From: Rebecca billardiae RCC1528
Taxonomy: Eukaryota > Protista > Haptophyta
NCBI GenBank assembly: GCA_965240325.2
Contig: OZ251228.1
Coordinates: forward strand, 1,984,001 to 2,048,000
Length of the DNA: 64,000 nucleotides
Direction: 5' to 3'
Position numbers and translations under genes: made by a program. Below, piece by piece: positions 11,460 through 22,600 of the stretch; the first letter of the stretch is position 1; each line of letters begins with the position of its first letter. The notes beneath the pieces were generated by a model, which was not told the origin of the DNA, made no database searches, and saw only the letters and a program-made list of their open reading frames with translations.

Positions 11460-11545
11460 CAAGGGTGATCGGACGGGTCAAGCAAGGCGGGGCCGCGGTG
11501 GGTCGGGGGGTGACGACGTCAGGGGAGAGGTGACGTCAACGGACG

Positions 11546-12599
11546 GAGGCCGCTCGAGCGACTTCGTGTCTGGCGAGGCAGATCGCGCCAGTGCGTGGCG
11601 AGGCAGACGCTCGCCTGCCTCGCCGCTTGGCGAGGCAGCTAAGCTAGTAAAGCCGCGGCCGAACTTTACGAAAGCCAAATGTCTGCCGGTGCGCCGCCCG
11701 TCTTTTGCGCACGGTGACAAGGGCGCGCGAGGGCGCTTCCTCACGATCCCGAAGAGCGCTGCGCGCGGCGTCGCGTTGGCGGCGGCAGCGGCGCTGGGGT
11801 GTATCTTGCCCATTCTGCGTGGCGGCGCGCTCTCATGACGCCTCGGCCGCCGCCACGCCATGCGCGACCGGGCGTGTCGCCTTCTTGACGGGCAGTGCAC
11901 ACGCCCTTGCAAGCGCACAGCCGTGAAGAGCCGAGAGCGTCCGTCGCGAGCACGCCGCCCACGCGGGATGCGTTATGCTGTCACCGAAGCCACCTTGCGC
12001 ATGCGCTTCGCCGAGTTCGCCATGCGTTCAGAGCAGTCAAGATCGCTGAACGAGAGGATGTCATCGGCTGAAATGCAGGTTAGCAGTGCTCATCGTAGCT
12101 GCTACCCATGGTCATCCTGGCTCGCACATGCCAGAGCGCGAGCACCCAGTGTCATACGAATAGCCCTGGCAACGCATCCCGCGTGGGCGGCGTGCTCGCG
12201 ACGGACGCTCTCGGCTCTTCACGGCTGTGCGCTTGCAAGGGCGTGTGCACTGCCCGTCAAGAAGGCGACACGCCCGGTCGCGCATGGCGTGGCGGCGGCC
12301 GAGGCGTCATGAGAGCGCGCCGCCACGCAGAATGGGCAAGATACACCCCAGCGCCGCTGCCGCCGCCAACGCGACGCCGCGCGCAGCGCTCTTCGGGATC
12401 GTGAGGAAGCGCCCTCGCGCGCCCTTGTCACCGTGCGCAAAAGACGGGCGGCGCACCGGCAGACATTTGGCTTTCGTAAAGTTTGGCCGCGGCGTTACTA
12501 GCTTAGCTGCCTCGCCAAGCGGCGAGGCAGGCGAGCGTCTGCCTCGCCACGCACTGGCGCGATCTGCCTCGCCAGACACGAAGTCGCTCGAGTGGCCTC
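11546..12599. mobile_element. Non-autonomous foldback DNA transposon: 429-bp TIRs, 196-bp spacer, 5-bp TSD GGACG
   Basis: Arms 11546-11974 and 12171-12599 are reverse complements with about 3 mismatches. Termini are GAGGCC...GGCCTC. ggacg lies at 11541-11545 and 12600-12604. Confidence 0.9.
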
Positions 12600-13034
12600 G
12601 GACGCGGAGCGCCGGACTTCTCTCTTGGTGAGCAGTCCGGCTGCCCAGGTGGTTGAGCAGCTTGGTCCAATTCAGAATGGAGGCCGGCCGCAAGTGCATG
12701 CGCGGGAGTGTGGACTCGCACGTCTCGATGGCGTCGGCCTGGCAGGTCCATATGTGCCATTGTCGATCCTCGAGCGCGTTTGGGCCCCCATCTCCGGCGC
12801 TTGTACTGCAAGAGTTGAGGCGCCAGTCCGCGGCTAGAGTCCCGGACTTGGCATGAGCGGGTTGCTGTGCACGCGCAACGGTACGGCCGGGTGGACAGAG
12901 AGTCTAGAAAGAGGTCACCTGCGTTCTGCAACAGACCTGGTAACTACTGCCATCACCCGGCGTGCGCGTGTCGTCAGTAGCAGCTTGGAATTGATTCCCG
13001 CCAACTGTGAACAGCGTGCACCTACTCCTGAGTA

Positions 13035-13088
13035 CGCGCCCCTCGCCTGCCTGTGCGCCGGTCTGTTTTGTGGCGGTGTCTTTGTGCA
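13035..13088. repeat. Dispersed ~50-bp repeat (second copy ~48357-48409)
   Basis: cgcgcccctc(g/a)cctgcctg(tg)cgccggtctgttttgtggcggtgtctttgtgca occurs at both sites. Confidence 0.8.
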
Positions 13089-13611
13089 GTGTTGGATGGC
13101 GTCAATCACGCCCTAGCCAAGTGTGCAGGATAAATCATACTAAACTGCATGATCAGAGTGCAGGATTAATTTCAGTGACTGTCTCAGTTCTTAGCCGGCG
13201 TATGTAGACTCACAAGTGACGATGACGGTACAGATAACTTCAGTATGAAGTACGATCATCCCGTCGGCCGCGGCACCGCTCAGACCCGCCGACTGACATA
13301 GTGGCTGTCCTGGCGACGATGACGATCCTGACAGTGACGAGCCCAGGCTGCCAGCAGCAGATATAAATGCACTGACCGGATGCGGCGGCAACCAGCCTGC
13401 TGTCTGCGCACTCTGCAGTCAGACTCAGAGGCAATAAGATCGATCACGATGGGCGATGCCACGCCCACTGCCGATTGCCGCCCACTTGGCGCGACGAAGA
13501 AAATATACCGCCAGTCGTAATATTACCGCGCGCCACCCCGCAAGGTGTGCTCACTGTTGGCCGCATGGCAGAGGCTGTGCACACGACTGTACCGCCTGCA
13601 CGAGATCTACA

Positions 13612-16600
13612 TTAACTGTTAAGAGTAGAAAGGCACGAGCCGATCGCCTTGGCAACGCCGGTCGCCAGGAGCTCCTGCACGACGCTCGCAATGGCCTCGT
13701 TGGCGTAGAGCGCGTCCATCAGCCAGGGCAGCGCCTGCGAGAGCGCGATGAGTAACGGCTCCTCCAGGGCGAAGGTCTGCGCCAGCGCGACCCCCCACAC
13801 GCCCACGAGCGCGCGGAACTTGTGCTCGCCAAACGTGCGCGCATACGCAATCACCAGCACGTGGAAGACGGCGCAGCTGCTGAGCATGAAGCCCCACGCG
13901 CACAGCCGGCGCACCGGCCGCGACGGCGTGCAGCGCGCAAGCATCACGGCGCGGACGGTGCGCTTCTCCTCCGCCTGGCGCGGGTGCGAGCATGATGAGA
14001 GCGCGGGGGCGCGGGGTGCTGCACGAGTGAGCAGGGGGGCGTCTGCGGTTCGGGCTGCACGCGCGCGCCCATGCGTCCCCGCGGGGCGCGAGCTCGCGCG
14101 GTGTGGGCCCGCCGCACTCGGCCGCGCGCGCGCGCGCGCGCGTGCGCACCTCGCGCCGCGCCGTGTACCAAGCCTCGAGCTCGGCGAGCTGCACGCGCCC
14201 GTCGCCGTCCGTGTCCAGCTGGCGCGCCACGCGCGCGGCCTCTGCGCGGCTCAGTGAGAGCCGGCGCTTCTGGCGGAAGGAGGGCGAGGCGTCAGAGAGC
14301 CTTCGGCCGTTCGAGCCTCGGCGCGCGGGCGAGCCCTCGCGAGCGCCCGCCAGCGCTCTGAGAAGCTCGCCCACCTCCTCGCGATCGATGCTGCCGGAAC
14401 GGTCCAGGTCGGCCGCGGCGAAGAGCGCGCGCAGCTGCGCGAGCTCGGCCTCGATCTGCACCGACGAGCGCCGGCGCTGCGCGCGCGTGCCGCTGCCCGG
14501 CTCGTACCCGTCTGAGGCCGCGTCGGCGGCGGGCGCGGGCACTCGGCGAGGCGGAGGCGAAGGCGTCGTGCCTGGCGAGTCTGCGGGCCGCGAGTGCACC
14601 GGGGCCCAGCTCGTCGGCGGCGTCGACACCGGCGGCGGCGGCGATGGCGGCGGGGACGGCTCGCTCCCTGAGGTGTAGTCCCGCACCGCGTCCACGTCCA
14701 GCGGGCTCGAGCGGCCCGCGGCGAGAGGGGTCGAGCGGCCCGCGCCGAGCGGACTGCGGCTGCCCGGCGTGCCGAGCGGGCTGCAGCCCGCTGCCACCAG
14801 CGCGCTGGAGCTGCCGCCAGCCAGCACCCTCGGGCTGCCCGCCGGCGGCGGGCTCGAGCACACGGAGAGGATCGGGCTGCCTTTGTCAGGGCAGTGGTCG
14901 GCGGCGACGGCGGTGCTGATGGCGAGCTTGGCGGCGCTGCTGGGGCCAGCGCCGGGCTGCAAGAGCGGAGGCGGCAGCGGCTCCGGAGGTGAAGGCAGCC
15001 CCGCGCGAACGGCGCCGGCCGAGGCGCGCGCGGGGCGCGGAGGCGGCACCGGCCTCACCAGCGGCGGCGTGACCGTCGCGCGCCGCGGGCGCGGAGGGCT
15101 CGTGGGCGGCGGGGCCGGGCGCTCCTTTGCTCGGAGCATCACGGGCGCGGAGGTGCGGCGGCTGGGCGTGACGCGGCCAGGCGTGAAGGCGGCACCTGGC
15201 TTGTTGCCGTGGCCGCTGTCGCACCGCTCACCGCCCACCCACTCGTCGGGCGTCGCGTGCGCCCGGCGGCCGCGAGCGGCGCCGGCGGTGCCGCCATCCG
15301 CCGAGCCGCTCCCGCCGCCCGCGTCAGCCACGCCCAGCTTGCTCGCTCGCGTGCTCAGCTCGCTCGAGCGCCGACTGCGCCGGCCGGTGCGGCTGGCGAA
15401 GCTGGCGCGCGAGCTGGGCGACGGCGACGGCATCCGCACTGCCGATGAGAGCGCGCGCACGCCGCTGTAGATCCTGTCGAGGGCCTGCGGGCGGCGCGCG
15501 TGGCCCAGCGCGAACGCGGCGTGGAAGAGGGAGAGCGCGGGCGCGGCGACGAGCGCGACGACGAGGGCGACCAGCACGAGCGGCAGCAGCTCGATCGGCT
15601 CGTCCGTCTCGTCCACGCCGCCTTGGAAGTAGGCGCACTCCAGCACCGCCTCAAGCGCGAGCATGTTGAAGAAGATCTGCACGAGCTCGGCGCGCGTGAG
15701 CGACGACTCGTCGAAGGGCGAGAAGGCGAGCGCGAGCAGCGTGTGCTCCGTGAACAGCGCGGAGAGGAACGCGCGCACGCGCGCGCCGACGGGCACGGCG
15801 GCCTGCGAGGAGAGCACGGAGGAGGCGCGACGGCGCACCGAGCTCTCGGCCGATGGTGCGAGGCCCTCGTCATGCGCGCTGCTGCCCGCGCGCGCCGGCG
15901 TCGGCCGTCGCTCCTCCGCACCCGTGGGCTCGCCGTGCGCAGCGGCTCCGCCCTCCTCGGCCGCGAGCGAGTCGCGGCGCGAGTGCACGAAGATCAGGAT
16001 GGGCTCCGCGGTGCTGGACGCGTGCGAGGCGCGCGCGCTCCGACTAGCGAGCGCAAGCCCGCCCGCCGCCGCCGCGCCCGACGGCGGCGCGCTCAAGCTG
16101 CCCGGGGCGCTGCAGCGCGCCGTGCGGCCCGTCCCGCCCGACGCCGCGGCGGAGACGGCCTCCGTCGCGCCCGCGTGCTGCCTCGTGGTCGGCGTGCCGG
16201 CGCCTGAGCTCCGGGCCGACGCACCGCCGCCAACGCTGCCGCTGGAGTTGGGCTTCCGCCCCGACGACGACGTCGGCGTGACGGTGCCTGACCTGCGCGC
16301 CGAGGCGGCGCCGCCAAAGCTCGAGGCCGGCGTGGAGCAGCCGGCGCTCGACACGCTGCCGGAGCGCTGGGAGCGTCGCGCGTGCTCGGTGCGCATCCAC
16401 GCGGCCGCCTCCTCGGCGGTGGCGTCCGCGTCGCCCTCGTCGGAGGCGCTGACGGACGAGCGCCTGCGCGCGGCGGAGGAGGCCGCGCCGGCCGCCGAGC
16501 GCCGATCGAGCGCGCACGCGCACGCGAGCGCCAGCAGGTTGGCACCGGCGAGCGCAAAGACGAGGGTGAAGGCGGCGGGGTTGTCGCGGACGGTGCTCGC

Positions 16601-19600
16601 GCTCGCGCCCGTCTGCAGCGCGGCGTTCACGTCGTCGGCGCCGAGGGTGTTGATCGCAATCGCCTCCGCCGCGCCCTCCTCCGCCGCGCCCTCCGAATCT
16701 GGCACCACGACGCCGGCAAAATGGGTCAGGTGGTTGCACGCGCACGCCAGCGCGGCGGACGCGTCCGCCCCAGCGCGGGGCGCGCGCGCCTCGCACCCGC
16801 GCCCGTCCCACGTGCCCGCGCTCTCGTTCCAGAAGCGGCACGCGCGGCCGAGCCCCGCGCCGCCGTCCGCGCCGCCCTCGCCGCCCGGCTCGGCCAGCAG
16901 CAGTGGGATGTGCAGCTCGACTGGCTCTGGCAGCTCGCTCACTCTGATCGCAGCCCCCGCCCCACCGTCCGCCGCGGGCGCGCCCAGCTCGACGGCGAGC
17001 ACGCGCGTGCCCAGCGTGCCGTGCTCGCCGCCGCCGTGCACGTCCGAGCTGAACAGCACGAGGTGCACGTCCACGCCGTGCGGCAGCGCGCGCGCGCCGC
17101 CCGCGCGCGCGAGCGCCGCCTGCGGCAGCTGCACGCCTCCGGCCGCCGCGCCCGGCGCGCGGAACTCGAGCTCGGCGAGCGCGCGCGCGCGCGCGCGCGT
17201 CGCCGAGACGTTGAGTCGAGCGGAGAGCGCCGCGCGCGGCGCCTCGCCGGGCAGGAGCCCGCGCGCGAGGGCTCGCGAGACGGAGGCAGCGGCGTGCGCG
17301 ACCGAGGCATCGCGCGCCGAGCCGGCCGCGCCGACGCTCGCCGGCGGCACGTCGGTGCCGTTCGCTGAGAGCAGCGAGGAGAGCGTGGCAGCGAGCAGCG
17401 CGGCGGCCGCGTCGGCGATGCCCGCCGCCTCGGCCGCGACGGCGAGCACGTGCGCGAGCTGCGCGCCCTCCGCCTGCGCGCTGGCGGAGAGCTGCTCCGG
17501 CGTGCGGAGCGCAGCGTGCGCAGCCTCAACGCGCGCGCGGACGGGACTCTCGCTCGGCGTGGCGGGCGCGGCCGAGGCCGCCGCCACGCTGCGGAGCGCG
17601 CGGATCATCAGCAGCCGCGCGTGCTGCGCGTCGCGTGCGCCCACGACGTCGCTCGCGCCGCCCTCCGCCTCGCCAGCCTCCTTGCCCTCCGCTGTGGCGG
17701 GAAGTCCCTCAAGCGCGCCGCCGAGCGCGAGGCTGAGCTGCTGCGCGCGCTCCGCGTCGTCCTCCGACGCGGCGGCGCCGAGGGCGGCGAGCAGCGCGCG
17801 GAGCGTGTGCGCGTCGAGCGTCGGCGCGTCGACGGGGGTGGGCTGCGCGGCACGCGCGAGCACGCTCACGCCCAGAGCGTCCGTCACCCGCGCGAGCGCG
17901 CGGTGCGCCCCCGCCGGGAGGACTGCCTTGCAGGCTGCCGAGAGCTGCGCGCGCGCCGTGAGCGCGCGCGCGCCCTCGGCCTCGGCAGCGCCTGCTGCGT
18001 CGGCCTCCTCAGCCGCCGCCGGCTCGTAAGCAAATTCGTACCGAAGCGGCAGGCCCTCCAAGCCCTCGTCAGAGACCCAGCCAGCCGCTCTGAGCTGGAA
18101 CAGCGTCTGCCCGGCGAGGCCAGAGGCGGGCGTCGCCGTGACCGAGCCCCCCCACGGCTCTCGGCCGAGCGTCACGGTCACGCTCGCCAGCGCCGCGCTC
18201 GCGAGCGCCTCCGCGCCGCGCGGCGGTGTGACCGTGAGCTCGAAGACGTACGCCGCTCCCGGCGCGAGCACGCCCGCGCGCACGGCGAGGGCGGGCTGCG
18301 CGTCGCCCGTCGTCGTCACGCGTACCTGGTCAGCCAGATCGACGAGGGTGAGGAGGCCGCCCGCCGCAGCGTGCTCGGCGCCGAGCCCCCCTCCGTCGTC
18401 GTACTCGCCCGCGCCCTCGTCGGCGGCGTCGGCCGCGGGCAGTCGCGCGCCGCGCCACGCGTACTGCCACGGAACGTCCGCAGCGCTCAGGTTGCGAGCC
18501 AGCGCCTCCTCGACACCGCTCACCACGCCGGCGTGCGCGAGCAGAGCGGCTGCGTCTGCCGGTGTGGGCAGCCGCACCTCAAGCGCTTCCAGGCCGAGCT
18601 TGTCGAGCGCGCTGAACGCCGAGCGCGCGAGCGGAGCGAGCGAGATCGTAGGCAGCGGCGCGGTGCCGTTGCCAGCGCCGCCGCCGCCGCCCTCGCGCAC
18701 GACAAGAGTGACTGCGGCGGACGCGGCGCGGCCGTCCGCGGAGCGCACGACAACAGTCGCGCGATACACGCCCGTCTCGAGCGCGCCGCCAGCGACGCGC
18801 AGCACGGCCGCCGACGCGGCGGATGGTTCGAGCGCCACGCGCGTCGGGCTGCTGCCGCCCGGCGCGATCTCGCCGCCGGCGCCCACGCGCACGGCCGCCA
18901 CGCCACCGTGCCGCTCGAGGGCCCACGCGAACGACAGGCTTGGGCCGCCGCCCGCGCCAGTGCCGCCCGCGCCGACGCCCGCGCCGGGCGGCAGCCGGCT
19001 TGGGTCGTACGAGGCGGACGCGTCGAGCACGAGCTCGTCGTCCGCGCGCGCGGTGCGCAGGGTGCCCCCGTCGACGCGCGCCACCACGCGCTCCGCGAGC
19101 ACCGCCACGCGCACCGAGAGCTCCGTGCGCGCCAGAGGGTCGGCCTGCTCGGCGACGCGCGCCACGAACGCGTACGTCCGCCCTGCGCACAGCGTGCCGC
19201 GCGGCAGCGAGAGTGTCGGGCCGCGCTGCTCGCTCAGCTCGAGCGGCGGGACGTCCGCCGCGGGCTCGTCGGTGTCCGTGACTGCCGTGCCCGCGTGCTC
19301 CCACGCCCACGCGAAAGCGCGCTCGCCGCCCGCGCCGCCACTCGCCGGCGGGCTGACGCACGGCGAGCGCGCCGCGCGCGCGCGCAGGACCAGAGGCTCA
19401 GACGAGCGCGCGACGCGCCGCGCCGGCCCGTCCACCTCAAGCGTCGGCGTGTCCTGCCGGTCGGAGCGACGGACGCGCACGGCCGCGGGAGCGGAGCGCG
19501 TGCCAAAGCTCAGCGAGCAGACGACCAGCGTGAAGATCAGCTCCGAGCCGGCGCCGTGCAGCCCGTGGGCGCGGCCGAGGGTCAGCATGGCCGCCTCCGG

Positions 19601-22600
19601 CGGGCGCGCGCTCAGGGCCGCCTGCAGCGCGGAGACATTGCCATCGGCCGACGCGCCGACCGCCCACTCGAAGGCGAGGCCGCCGGCGCCGCCGCCCGTG
19701 GACATGGAGCCGTCGAGGGTCAGCTCCGCGTCCGCGCAGGTTGAGATGAGCGCCGCCGCGCTGAGCACCGCCTCGGGCGACGGGCAGTCGTGGCCGTCAC
19801 ACGGCCGCGTCTCGTTGATGGCCGCCGACTGGTTGGTGGCGCACAGCGCGTGCGGGCAGCTCAGCCCCGCAGCCGCGAGGCCGCGCGGGCCGAGCACCTG
19901 GTCCCGCAGGCCGATCCGATCGCCGGGGCGCACGCCGCTGGTGACGGCGAGCCGCACGGCGAGCGTGCTGCCTGCGGTGTCCCACTCGCACGCCGGAGAG
20001 TCGGCGCCAGCCCCGCGCACCAACCGGAGGGACGCGTCGTCGAGCACGGCCGCGCACGCCGAGGGCACGCCGGGCGCCATGCCCGCGCGGTCGGTGCGCG
20101 CGCCGGCGGCGAAGCGCAGCAGCAGCCGCGTGCCGGCGGCGCTGAAGGTGGCCTCAGCGAGCGTCGGCGCGCGCAGCTCCTCTGCAGGGGGCTGCGGGGG
20201 CGCTGGAGGCGGGCTCAAGGGCTGCGCGCTCGGCGGGGTCGGCGGGAGTGAGCTCGGAGGCGTCGATGGCGGTGGCTGGGCCGGCGGCCCGGATGGCAAT
20301 GGTGGGAGCAGTGAGGATGGCGGAGGGCTTGGTGGCGGCTGTGACGGCCGTGGGCTCGGCGGCGGGCTTGGCGGTCGTGACGGTGGCTCGCTTGGAGGTG
20401 GCGCCGATGGCGGCGCGGGCGGAGGCGATGGCGGTTGTGCCGGTGGAGTTGTTGGCGGGCTTGGCGGGGGGCTAGGTGGCGGCGGGGGCGGGGGCGGGCT
20501 GGGTGGCGGGTTTGGCGGTGGTGGTGGCGGCTGGCTCGGCGGTGGCGGTGGTGGGGGCGAGGGCGGAGGCAACGGCGGTGGCGACGGCGGCGGAGATGGT
20601 GGTGACGGTGGCGGGAACGGCTCCACGCGTGGTGGTGGTGGCGGCGCTGGTGGCAGAGATGGCGGAGGACTCGGCGGCGGCGGCGGCGGCGGCAATGGCG
20701 GCGGCGATGGCGGAGGGTTCGGGGGCGGAGCTGGTGGCAACCGTGGCGGCGGGCTCGGCGGCGGGCTCAGCGGCGGGCTGGGTGGCGGCAGGCTCGGCGG
20801 CGCCGATGGCGGAGGGCTCGGCGGCGGACTCGGTGGTGGTGGGCTCGGCGGGGGGAATGGCGGTGGGCTGGGCGGCAAGCGCGGTGGCAGGCTTGGTGGG
20901 GACGATGGTGGCGGCGACGGTGGTGGGCTTGGCGGTGGTGACGGTGGCAGCAATGGCGGCGGTGATGGCGGAGGGCTCGGTGGCGGGCTCGGTGGTGGTG
21001 GGCTCGGCGGTGGGCTCGGTGGTGGTGAGGGCGGTGGTGAGGGCAGCGGGCGCGGCGGTGGCGGACTCGGTGGCGGTGATGGCGGTGGCGAGGGCGGTGG
21101 ACTCGGTGGCGGGCTCGGCGACGGCGGGCTCGGCGGCGGGCTCGGTGGCGGCGATGGCGGAGGGCTTGGCGGCGGGCTTGGCGGTGGGCTCGGCGGTGGT
21201 GGGCTCGGCGGTGGTGACGGTGGTGGGCTCGGTGGTGGTCTGGGTGGCGGACTCGGTGGTGGCGATGGCGGTGGGCTCGGCGGTGGGCTTGGCGGTGAGC
21301 TCGGCGGCGGCGATGGCGGCGGTGATGGCGGAGGGCTTGGCAGTGGGCTCGGCGGCGGCGATGGCGGCGGTAATGGCGGAGGGCTCGGCGGCGGGCTCGG
21401 CGGCGGCGATGGCGGCGATGATGGCGGAGGGCTCGGCGGCGGGCTCGGCGGCGGCGGGCTCGGCGGCAGCGATGGCGTTGGTGACAGCGGAGGGCTCGGT
21501 GGTGGTCTGGGTGGCGGACTCGGTGGTGGCGATGGCGGTGGGCTCGGCGGTGGGCTTGGCGGCGGCGATGGCGGCTGCGATGGCGGCGGTGATGGCGGAG
21601 GGCTCGGCGGCGGGCTCGGCGGCGGCGGGCTCGGCGGTGGGCTCGGCGGATGCGATGGCGGCGGTGATGGCGGTGGGCTGGGCGGCGGACTCGGCGGCGG
21701 TGGGCTTGGGGGCGGTGATGGTGGTGGCGAGGGCGGTGGACTCGGCGGCGAGCTCGGCGGCGGCGGACTTGGAGGCGGTGATGGCGGTGGTGACGGCGGA
21801 GGGCTCGGCGGCGGTGGGCTTGGTGGTGGGCTCGGTGGCGATGAGGGTGGTGGTGAGGGCGGTGGATTTGGCGGTGGCGGGCTGGGTGGCGGCGATGGCG
21901 GTGGGCTTGGCTGTGGGCTTGGCGGAGGGCTCGGTGGTGGTGGGCTCGGCGGTGGTGACGGTGGTGGGCTCGGTGGTGGTCTGGGAGGTGGACTCGGCGG
22001 TGGTGATGGCGGTGGCGACGGCGGCGGGCTCGGTGGCGGGCTGGGCGGCGGCGGGCTCGGCGGCGGCGATGGCGTTGGTGACGGCGGAGGGCTCGGTGGT
22101 GGTCTGGGTGGCGGACTCGGTGGTGGCGATGGCGGTGGGCTCGGCGGTGGGCTTGGCGGTGAGCTCGGCGGCGGCGATGGCGGCGGTGATGGTGGAGGGC
22201 TTGGCGGTGGGCTCAGCGGCGGCGATGGCGGCGGTGATGGCGGAGGGCTTGGTGGTGGGCTCGGTGGCGGCGATGGCGGCGATGATGGCGGAGGGCTCGG
22301 TGGCGGGCTCGGCGGCGGCGGGCTCGGCAGTGGGCTCGGTGGTGGTGAGGGCGGTGGTGACGGCGGAGGGCTCGGCGGTGGCGGACTCGGTGGTGGCGAT
22401 GGCGGTGGCGAGGGCGGCGGGCTCGGCGGAGGGCTCGGCGGAGGGCTCGGCGGCGGTGGAGTCGGTGGCGGGCTCGGTGGTGGTGAAGGCGGTGGCGCGG
22501 GCGGCGGGCTGGGCGGTGGTGGGCTCGGTGGCGGCGATGGCGGTGGGCCAGGTGGCGGGCTCGGCGGCGGGTTTGGTGGTGGTGGGCTTGGCGGTGGTGA

